DNA of 64,000 nucleotides, from the NCBI GenBank assembly GCA_041655595.1, contig JBBAFB010000001.1:2168-66167 (forward strand), written 5' to 3'. The DNA is from Bacillota bacterium (GTDB taxonomy: Bacteria > Bacillota > DULZ01). Shown here piece by piece: positions 54,638 to 64,000 of this stretch (positions are counted from its first letter, which is position 1; each line of letters begins with the position of its first letter). Under the pieces are notes generated by a model. The model saw only the letters and a program-made list of their open reading frames with translations, had not been told where the DNA came from and made no database searches. The translations under genes and the position numbers were made by a program.

Positions 54638-55054
54638 TTAAACTTTACTATTTAAATAGCTTTGTAAAATTACAGTGGCAGCCATTTTATCTATTACCTT
54701 TTTCCTTTTGGCCCTTTTCACATTAGCATCAATTAATACCCTTTCAACCTCCATGGTGGATAATCTTTCGTCTTGCAAAATGACTTCTAGATCAAGGGCC
54801 GACTCCAATACTTTTTTAAACTCCAAGGTCCTTTCCCCCTGGGGACCAATGGTGCCATTCATATTTTTAGGAAAACCCAAAACTATTTGTTCTACCAAAT
54901 AATTTTCAGCCAAGCTTTCTAATTCCTTCAAGTCTTTTTCTAAATCAATCCTTTTAATAGTAGTTACACCCTGAGCAGTCAACCCCAAGGGGTCGCTGAT
55001 AGCTACTCCAATTGTTTTTTCTCCCAAATCTAAACCCATATAACGCATTCCCAA
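54638..55054 (-). CDS. ruvX: Putative pre-16S rRNA nuclease / Holliday-junction-resolvase-like YqgF
   Basis: 138 aa. [19 protein letters not shown] RNase H-like N-terminus. Confidence 0.85.
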   Translation of the reverse strand: MGMRYMGLDLGEKTIGVAISDPLGLTAQGVTTIKRIDLEKDLKELESLAENYLVEQIVLGFPKNMNGTIGPQGERTLEFKKVLESALDLEVILQDERLSTMEVERVLIDANVKRAKRKKVIDKMAATVILQSYLNSKV

Positions 55055-55105
55055 CCGCCTTTAATCATAAAACCCCGACACTGAAAGCATAGGGGTTTTT
55101 AAAAT

Positions 55106-55339
55106 TTATTCGATGTGTAAATATTCCTTCAGCAACTCCTCCAGCAATTCATCTCTTTCCATTTTTCTAATTATATTTCTTGCATTATTATGACTGGTAA
55201 TATAAGCGGGATCACCGGACAGAAGATAACCCACCAACTGATTAATAGGATTATAGCCTTTTTCTTGCAAGGCTTCATAAACCGTTACCAGAACATTTTT
55301 GGCCCTGGATACCTCATCCTTACTGACCTTAAACATCAT
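55106..55339 (-). CDS. ireB: UPF0297 / IreB-family protein (YrzL-like)
   Basis: About 78 aa from [48 protein letters not shown]. The track ORF at 55459 has a 40-codon N-extension unlikely to be translated. Confidence 0.65.
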   Translation of the reverse strand: MMFKVSKDEVSRAKNVLVTVYEALQEKGYNPINQLVGYLLSGDPAYITSHNNARNIIRKMERDELLEELLKEYLHIE

Positions 55340-55481
55340 TGTATGCCCAAAATCGTCTTTTGCCACAGTGCCACCCCCATTGTCTGTAATAGTTTCTCCA
55401 ATTAGCAAAGATTTCTCCACTAAAAAACAAATACCTTTTTCTTTTAGGTTAATAAACAATTATAATTTTATCTTCAATCTA

Positions 55482-58202
<2,721 letters not shown>

Positions 58203-58262
58203 TCAGTGGGCAATTATCTGTGCTGATGCTTACCCATTTTAAATACCTTTTACATAAAATTT

Positions 58263-58292
58263 ATTATACATATAAGTATTAAAGCTTGTCAA
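58263..58292 (-). promoter_or_regulatory. Consensus sigma-A promoter TTGACA-N18-TATAAT upstream of alaS
   Basis: Minus-strand TTGACA at 58287-58292 and TATAAT at 58263-58268. Leaves a leader of only about 120 nt to the alaS ATG. Confidence 0.55.
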
Positions 58293-58438
58293 TTAAAGGT
58301 AGCAGATACATTGTAAAGTGTTTTAGTTCACCTTACTTCAGCTGATCCAACAGTCTGTTAATTAGCACCGTCAAATTTAACTTAATGTTATAATATCACA
58401 AAAATACCCAAACTTCTAAACATTTTCTCGCCAAAAAC

Positions 58439-59500
58439 TTATCCTTCATCTACTTTCGACTCCTTTTTAAACCAAACCGGTATTACCAATTGCAGCCAAA
58501 AAACGCGTAGAATTAAAATCATTGGAATTGCAAGTAAAAGACCTATAATCCCAAAAATTTTCCCACCCAAAAATAGTGCCAAAATCACTAACAGCGGATG
58601 AAGTCCTATCCTGGAACCGATAATTCTGGGTGTTAAAATATTGCTTTCTAGTTGTTGAATGGTTACCATTAGTACCAAGGCGTAAAGGGCTTTAATTTTT
58701 GAATCAAGTAGGGCAATGCCCAGAGCAGGTATTGCACCTATCACGGGACCGAAGTAGGGAATGATTTCTGTTATGCCCACAATCAGGCCCAATAAAAAAG
58801 GAAAATCTAAATTTATGATTAAAAAGCCTATTGACGTACCAATTCCAACTAAAACCGCTACCAATAAGTGCCCTTTTATGAAACAGTTTAACTGCACATC
58901 AATTTCCCGCCAAAGTTTTACCAGTTTTTCCGCCCAATTAACGGGGAAAAAACTTAGAAACCTTTCGGAAATAAGTTTTTGGTCCCTTAAGACGTAATAA
59001 GCCAGCACGGGGGCTATAATGATACTGAGGGCGTGGGTAAAGACAGAGATGATACCGTTAACTACCTGGGCAATTGCTCCTATTACAATTAATTCAAGCT
59101 GCAATAAAGCCAAATCTATTTGGTTTCTCAAGGCATTCGGTATGGCAATTTTTTTATAATTATCATTAAAGTTTTGGAAAAAGGACTGTAACCGGTGAGT
59201 ATATTGGGGAATAGACATGGCGAGCACTTCAAGCTGCCGCCAAAAAATCGGCAGCACAAAACAGGAGAACAATATAATGGCGGTTATAAAGAAAAAATAC
59301 GTTAAAAAAATACCGCCCACCCTAGAAAAACCCTTTGCTTCCCAGAGTTTCACAATGGGGTTTAAAAGATATGCCAAAACAAAGGCTAACAAAAAGGGTA
59401 AAAATACCCCCCCCACCCAGTATATAAGCAGCAATAAAGCTAAAAGCAAAAGGATGATCTGAGCAATACGTTTTACCTTGGCAACTAACTCGTTGGTCAT
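58439..59500 (-). CDS. AI-2E family transporter (UPF0118, PerM/YtvI-like)
   Basis: 353 aa, 8 TM with the characteristic long loop. ...IPYFGPVIGAIPA... motif. Confidence 0.8.
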   Translation of the reverse strand: MTNELVAKVKRIAQIILLLLALLLLIYWVGGVFLPFLLAFVLAYLLNPIVKLWEAKGFSRVGGIFLTYFFFITAIILFSCFVLPIFWRQLEVLAMSIPQYTHRLQSFFQNFNDNYKKIAIPNALRNQIDLALLQLELIVIGAIAQVVNGIISVFTHALSIIIAPVLAYYVLRDQKLISERFLSFFPVNWAEKLVKLWREIDVQLNCFIKGHLLVAVLVGIGTSIGFLIINLDFPFLLGLIVGITEIIPYFGPVIGAIPALGIALLDSKIKALYALVLMVTIQQLESNILTPRIIGSRIGLHPLLVILALFLGGKIFGIIGLLLAIPMILILRVFWLQLVIPVWFKKESKVDEG

Positions 59501-59551
59501 CAGCTTTTTACCCCTAAATCTAAAGTAAAAAAAAGAGGGTCTGAACCCTCA

Positions 59552-59746
59552 TTACTTCTTATATAAATCCTTAAAACCCTCTCTAACGCCTTCTACCGCT
59601 TTTTTCGCCTGTACCCCCATATGGTTCATCTGTTTTTTCAGTTTTTTGTCATCCAAGATTTTTCTTTGGGGGCGCTTCATGAACTTGTCTATTAGTCCGC
59701 CTACCAGACCTCCCGCAATTATCCCTCGCCAAAAGCCCTTTGCCAT
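59552..59746 (-). CDS. Small basic glycine-zipper membrane protein
   Basis: 64 aa. GFWRGIIAGGLVGGLIDKF glycine-zipper helix then a K-rich tail. Confidence 0.4.
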   Translation of the reverse strand: MAKGFWRGIIAGGLVGGLIDKFMKRPQRKILDDKKLKKQMNHMGVQAKKAVEGVREGFKDLYKK

Positions 59747-59766
59747 GACTAACCCTCCTGTCAGTA

Positions 59767-59922
59767 TTAACTATCATTTCCTATTGCTACTAGATTCCCG
59801 TCTTCTTCAACTTGATAAATCCTGTTATCAATATCATATTCCACGAAACAATTCCAACAATAGTATTGATCTTGGTTGATTTTACCTACCTGCCTACTGC
59901 CGCAAACCGGACAATTAATCAT
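59767..59922 (-). CDS. Unannotated 51-aa zinc-ribbon protein (CPVC...CWNC)
   Basis: Minus-strand ATG at 59922 with AAAGGGGG RBS 8 nt upstream. Translation MINCPVCGSRQVGKINQDQYYCWNCFVEYDIDNRIYQVEEDGNLVAIGNDS. Below the 60-aa cutoff of the ORF track. Confidence 0.4.
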   Translation of the reverse strand: MINCPVCGSRQVGKINQDQYYCWNCFVEYDIDNRIYQVEEDGNLVAIGNDS

Positions 59923-60003
59923 AACCTGGCCCCCTTTGTTCACAGGATAAACAAATACTTTTCAATAATATAATTTCCAGCGAATCAGAAAATAATACCC
60001 TGC

Positions 60004-60038
60004 AAACAAAAAAACCGACCTGAAAGTCGGTTTTTGTT
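60004..60038 (-). terminator. Rho-independent terminator downstream of the fatty-acid-CoA ligase gene
   Basis: Stem AACCGAC / GTCGGTT (6-nt loop) followed on the minus strand by TTTTTTTGTTTG. A-run and T-run on both sides, so possibly bidirectional. Confidence 0.65.
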
Positions 60039-60061
60039 AAGAAAAAATAAATTTGTGGGCA

Positions 60062-61894
60062 CTATGCTTCAACAAAAAGCTCTCCGATAATATCTGAATA
60101 TTTTTCTTGCACAAACTTTCTTTTTACTTTCAAAGTAGGTGTTAATTCACCGGTGTCGGATGAAAATTCTTCACTTAAAAGAGCAAACTTTTTGATTTGT
60201 TCATAAGAAGGCAAATCCTTAATAGTTTCCTTAATACGGTTGTTATAAAGCTCTACAATTTTCGGATCACTTACCAAGTCCTGATAGTTTGCAAATTCAA
60301 TATTGTTTTCTTGGGCGTAGGCAGTTAAGGCTTCAAAATTAGGTATAATTAAGGCGGCTAGGTATTTTTTCTTATCACCCAAAACAACGGCTTGACCAAC
60401 TAAGGGATCTGTTCCAAGCAAACCTTCAATATTCTGGGGAGCAACATTTTTACCGCCGGAAGTGACTATGATGTCCTTTTTGCGATCTGTGATAAATAGG
60501 TAACCTTCATCATCAATATAGCCGATGTCTCCGGTATAAAACCAACCATCTTTAAATACTGCCGCTGTTTCCTCCGGCTGCTTGTAGTAGCCTATACTGA
60601 CATTGGGGCCCTTGGCTAAAATTTCACCGTCATCGGCAATTTTGAGCTCCACATTGGGCAGCGCCGGACCAACACTTCCCAGTCTGAGTTTTTCAAAAGT
60701 GTTTACGCTTAGGACAGGAGCCGTTTCGGTCAGACCGTAACCCTCTAAAATCGTAAGTCCCACCGCATGAAAAAATTCGTTAATATCCTTGGCTAAGGCG
60801 GCACCGCCAGAAATAAAAAATCTCAATTTGCCGCCCGTTAGTTCTTTCAGCTTAGAAAAAACCAATTTATCCGCTATGCCATGTTTCATTTTTAAGCCCA
60901 AGCCGGGGGTTTTCTGCTCAAGATTAGTATAGAACCACTCTTTGCCGACTTCCACCGACCAATAAAACAGCTTTTTCTTTAAGCTGCTGCCTTGGTTCAT
61001 TTTATTTAAGACACCGGCATATATTTTTTCATAAAGTCTTGGCACACTAACCATCACATCCGGTTTAACCTCCGGTAGGTTTTGCGCCACCTCATTAACC
61101 CCTTCGGCATAGGCAATGGTTCCCGCCTTATACAAAATCAGGTAATAACCGGCCATTCTTTCCAGTACATGACTGAGAGGTAAAAATGATAGGGCGACTT
61201 CTTGGGGGTAAAGCTCTACCACTTGGGTAGCTCCCTTCACATTTTCCAAAAAGTTTTTGTGTGACAGCATTACACCCTTCGGATTTCCGGTGGTTCCGGA
61301 AGTATAAACATAAGAAATAATATCATCCTCTGCTGAACTGTCAATCAGTTTTTGTACTTCCCCGGAGTGCTCCTTTTTATATTCCGCACCAAGTTGAAGA
61401 AGTTCCTCAAAAGGCCGAACACCCTCAGCCGCGCCATGCCCTTCTTTCCAATCCATTAAGAAAATGTGTTCCAAATTGTCTAAATTTTTGCGAACCTGCA
61501 AAACCTCTTCCAGCATACTTTTCTGAGAGACAATTAAAATTTTAGATTCGGAATGGTCAATTACATACTCAATCTGCTTTGCCCTGTTTGTGTGGTAAAT
61601 AGGTACCACTACACCTTTAATGCTAATAATTCCTAAGTCTGAAATTGCCCACTCCGGTCTGTTTTCGGAAAGAATAGCCACCTTTTCTCCGGGCTTAACA
61701 CCCAAGGACAATAAACCGTTTGCCAGGTTTTCTATTCTTACTCCAAATTCCGTCCAGCTAATATCATGCCAACTACCATCTTTTTTAAACCTTAGCACAG
61801 GAAAATCACCGTAAGTCCCAACCCGATTAAAAATCATTTCCCCAATTGTTCTGTCCAATAATATTGCCTCCCTTCTAATTGCTTGAATGTTCAT
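60062..61894 (-). CDS. Long-chain-fatty-acid--CoA ligase (AMP-dependent synthetase/ligase, FadD-like)
   Basis: 610 aa. AMP-binding signature YTSGTTGNPKGV and C-terminal GELTPTLKVKR motif. Confidence 0.8.
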   Translation of the reverse strand: MNIQAIRREAILLDRTIGEMIFNRVGTYGDFPVLRFKKDGSWHDISWTEFGVRIENLANGLLSLGVKPGEKVAILSENRPEWAISDLGIISIKGVVVPIYHTNRAKQIEYVIDHSESKILIVSQKSMLEEVLQVRKNLDNLEHIFLMDWKEGHGAAEGVRPFEELLQLGAEYKKEHSGEVQKLIDSSAEDDIISYVYTSGTTGNPKGVMLSHKNFLENVKGATQVVELYPQEVALSFLPLSHVLERMAGYYLILYKAGTIAYAEGVNEVAQNLPEVKPDVMVSVPRLYEKIYAGVLNKMNQGSSLKKKLFYWSVEVGKEWFYTNLEQKTPGLGLKMKHGIADKLVFSKLKELTGGKLRFFISGGAALAKDINEFFHAVGLTILEGYGLTETAPVLSVNTFEKLRLGSVGPALPNVELKIADDGEILAKGPNVSIGYYKQPEETAAVFKDGWFYTGDIGYIDDEGYLFITDRKKDIIVTSGGKNVAPQNIEGLLGTDPLVGQAVVLGDKKKYLAALIIPNFEALTAYAQENNIEFANYQDLVSDPKIVELYNNRIKETIKDLPSYEQIKKFALLSEEFSSDTGELTPTLKVKRKFVQEKYSDIIGELFVEA

Positions 61895-61949
61895 TCATTT
61901 TTACTCTAAGGTAAATAGTACTAAAAGTCAATAGCATAACCCGAAAATT

Positions 61950-61994
61950 CCAAATTTTTTTACAAAATAAAAATGGTCTTTAAAGACCATTTTT
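61950..61994 (-). terminator. Rho-independent terminator overlapping the mnmA stop codon
   Basis: Perfect palindrome AAAAATGGTCTT-TA-AAGACCATTTTT (61969-61994) containing the mnmA TAA, followed on the minus strand by TTTTATTTTGTAAAAAAATTT. Confidence 0.6.
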
Positions 61995-63071
61995 ATCAGT
62001 TATAATCCCTCCGCCCACCACTAAATCTCCTTGGTAATAAACTACAACTTGTCCAGGGGTAACTGCGGGTTGAGCTGCATCAAAGACAACCGCTACTTTA
62101 TCTTCCTTCGGCATGATAGTGGCGGGAACCGGCTTAAACCTATATCTTATTTTCACAGCCACCTTCATCGCCGATTTAAGTTCCTCTATTAGAATAAAAT
62201 TATTTTCTTCACTGAGCAGACCTTTGCTATAAAGGCTTGCTTTTGGACCTAAGATAACAGTGTTTCGCTCCACATCAAGTTTGATTACATAAACAGGGTA
62301 TCCAAGGGAAATGCCTAGGCCCTTCCTTTGCCCTATAGTATAATTGGTTATCCCCTGATGTTCTCCCAAAACCCGACCTTCCTCATCAAGGAATAGTCCC
62401 GGTCTTTGCGGCTTTTCTAGTCTTCCTTCCAAAAAATTTCTATAATCATTATCCGGAATAAAGCAAATTTCCTGACTATCAGGTTTTTTTGCAACTGCTA
62501 AACCCAGGGCTTGAGCTTGCTCCCTAATTTCAGTTTTAGCATATTTCCCTACGGGCAGTAATGTTCGCGCCATCTGTTTTTGGGTAAACCCATAAAGAAA
62601 ATAACTTTGATCTTTGCTGGGGTCCGCACCTTTAGCTAAAAGATACTTTTGATGAAAATTATCATAGTATATATTTGCATAATGGCCGGTAGCTACATAA
62701 TCAATCTCTAGTTCGCTAGCCTTTTTTAAGAGCGCATCGAATCTAAAATAGCGATTGCAAGCCATACAGGGATTTGGAGTTCTGCCTCTTTGATACTCAT
62801 TGACAAAGTAATCTACCACCTGCTTTTCAAACAGGCTTTTATAATTCAATACATAATGAGGAATCCCTAATTTATGTGCCACTCTTCTGGCATCCTCTAT
62901 AGCTGATAAAGAACAACAACCAACTTCTCCATCAACCAGGGGGGTATCTTCCGGCCAAAGCTGCATAGTGGCCCCAATTACCTCATATCCCTCTTTCAAC
63001 AATAAGTGGGCAGCAACGGAACTGTCCACACCACCACTCATCGCTACAAGTACTCTAGGCCTAACAAACAT
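61980..63071 (-). CDS. mnmA: tRNA-specific 2-thiouridylase MnmA
   Basis: 363 aa. PP-loop VLVAMSGGVDSSVAA, catalytic Cys motifs. Confidence 0.9.
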   Translation of the reverse strand: MFVRPRVLVAMSGGVDSSVAAHLLLKEGYEVIGATMQLWPEDTPLVDGEVGCCSLSAIEDARRVAHKLGIPHYVLNYKSLFEKQVVDYFVNEYQRGRTPNPCMACNRYFRFDALLKKASELEIDYVATGHYANIYYDNFHQKYLLAKGADPSKDQSYFLYGFTQKQMARTLLPVGKYAKTEIREQAQALGLAVAKKPDSQEICFIPDNDYRNFLEGRLEKPQRPGLFLDEEGRVLGEHQGITNYTIGQRKGLGISLGYPVYVIKLDVERNTVILGPKASLYSKGLLSEENNFILIEELKSAMKVAVKIRYRFKPVPATIMPKEDKVAVVFDAAQPAVTPGQVVVYYQGDLVVGGGIITDKNGL

Positions 63072-63094
63072 TTTTTCAACTCCAAATAACTACT

Positions 63095-63460
63095 TTAAGG
63101 TTTTGACTGGTAATCCTCTATTGCCTTTTTTAGCGCATCAGCAGCTAAATTTGAGCAATGCATTTTGGCAGGTGGCAAACCGCCCAAAGCCTCCGCCACA
63201 TTTTTATTAGTGATTATTTTTGCCTCTTCTATGGTTTTGCCCTTGGCCATCTCGGTTACAATACTGCTGGTTGCAATAGCCGCACCGCAGCCGAAGGTCT
63301 TAAACTTAATATCCTTGATTATATTGTCCTCAACTTTAATACTGATACGCATTATATCTCCGCAGTTAACATTACCTAATTCACCAACCCCGTCTGGGTT
63401 ATCAATTTCCCCTACATTCCTGGGGTTAGCAAAATGCTCCATTACTTTTTCGCTATACAC
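63095..63460 (-). CDS. iscU: Fe-S cluster assembly scaffold IscU/NifU-like
   Basis: GTG start (MYSEKVMEHFANPRNVG) with AAAGGAG RBS. Conserved Cys in NVNCGD, FGCGAAIATS and HCSNLA. Confidence 0.85.
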   Translation of the reverse strand: MYSEKVMEHFANPRNVGEIDNPDGVGELGNVNCGDIMRISIKVEDNIIKDIKFKTFGCGAAIATSSIVTEMAKGKTIEEAKIITNKNVAEALGGLPPAKMHCSNLAADALKKAIEDYQSKP

Positions 63461-64000
63461 CTGAACAAGACTCCTTTCTTTCACATTGTCCCGCTTTCTC
63501 ACAACAATATAAAGGGGACATGGCTCTTAATCTTTCAACAATAATTGGCAATTCAGTCAGAACATAATCTATATCTTCTTCCGTTGTGCCCTTCCCTAAA
63601 GTTAATCTAAGGGAGCCATGAGCTATTTCGTGGCAGATACCCATGGCTGTGAGCACATGAGAGGGGTCCAAAGAGCCGGAGGTACAAGCCGAGCCGCTGG
63701 AGGCGGCAATACCTTTCATATCCAGGCTTAACAAAATAGATTCCCCTTCCAAAAATCGAATGCTGACATTAACATTAGTCGGGATCCTTTTAGTAGGATG
63801 CCCATTTAACTGACAATCAGGAATTTCCCTCATTAAACCCGTCAAAAGCTTATCCCTCAACTTGGTGATTTCTTGTTCTTGTGGTAAATTAATTAAAGCC
63901 AGTTCAGCAGCTTTACCAAAGCCAACTATTCCGGGCACATTTTCTGTGCCGGGACGTCTTTTGCGTTCCTGCCCGCCACCAAAATGCTGAGGTTCAAGAC
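63453..64000 (-). CDS. iscS: Cysteine desulfurase (NifS/IscS family), C-terminal part; 5' end beyond window
   Basis: ...IAASSGSACTSGSLDPSHVLTAMGI... contains the active-site Cys loop. The frame remains open to the window edge. Overlaps the iscU start by 8 nt. Confidence 0.8.
   Translation of the reverse strand, partial: LEPQHFGGGQERKRRPGTENVPGIVGFGKAAELALINLPQEQEITKLRDKLLTGLMREIPDCQLNGHPTKRIPTNVNVSIRFLEGESILLSLDMKGIAASSGSACTSGSLDPSHVLTAMGICHEIAHGSLRLTLGKGTTEEDIDYVLTELPIIVERLRAMSPLYCCEKAGQCERKESCSGV

Overview
This 64-kb chromosomal window appears to come from a low-GC, endospore-forming Firmicute of the Clostridia type. The evidence is a complete spoIIIAA-AH operon, an uninterrupted pro-sigma-K gene, a copper-amine-oxidase N-domain secreted protein and Bacillus/Clostridium-like housekeeping synteny. 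More than 95% of genes are on the minus strand. Start codons TTG and GTG are used frequently.

Left third (1-22.4 kb): xseA (partial), fchA, folD, nfnB/nfnA, a divergent TsaD/Kae1 paralog, nusB, a DUF2273/AmaP-like/Asp23 stress cluster, a biotin carboxylase plus a carboxyltransferase-BCCP fusion (a two-subunit pyruvate-carboxylase-like pair in the slot that holds accBC in Bacillus), spoIIIAA-AH, an acidic zinc-ribbon protein, efp, an M24 peptidase, aroQ, tldD/pmbA.

Middle (22.4-43.6 kb): a ~21-kb type IV pilus supercluster made of two tandem assembly modules. Module 1 is MerR-like regulator, PilB1, PilD, PilA, PilT, a PilP-like protein, a protein made only of secretin N-domains, PilC1, an embedded group-3 sigma factor, and PilM1N1O1. 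Module 2 is PilB2, two minor pilins, a PilX-N/beta-helix protein, PilC2, three GspH/I/J-like pseudopilins, a GspK-like protein, and PilM2N2O2. A strong terminator and an 8x GTAGAAR heptad array lie between pilA and pilT.

Right third: a YqeG-type HAD phosphatase and sigK, then a minus-strand redox/thiol island. That island holds ccdA, a Trx/ResA-like gene, a promoter-bearing small ORF with a single in-frame UGA (selenoprotein candidate), an 8-TM membrane protein, a lipoprotein, and NapH-like and NapG-like ferredoxins. It faces a divergent Crp/Fnr regulator gene across a perfect FNR box (TTGATCCAGATCAA) at class-II spacing. Downstream come a Cys-rich protein, a U32 peptidase, mltG, DUF1292, ruvX, ireB, alaS (consensus sigma-A promoter, no T-box found), an AI-2E transporter, two small ORFs, a FadD-like ligase, and mnmA, iscU, iscS (partial).

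No rRNA, tRNA, CRISPR array or obvious mobile element was found.
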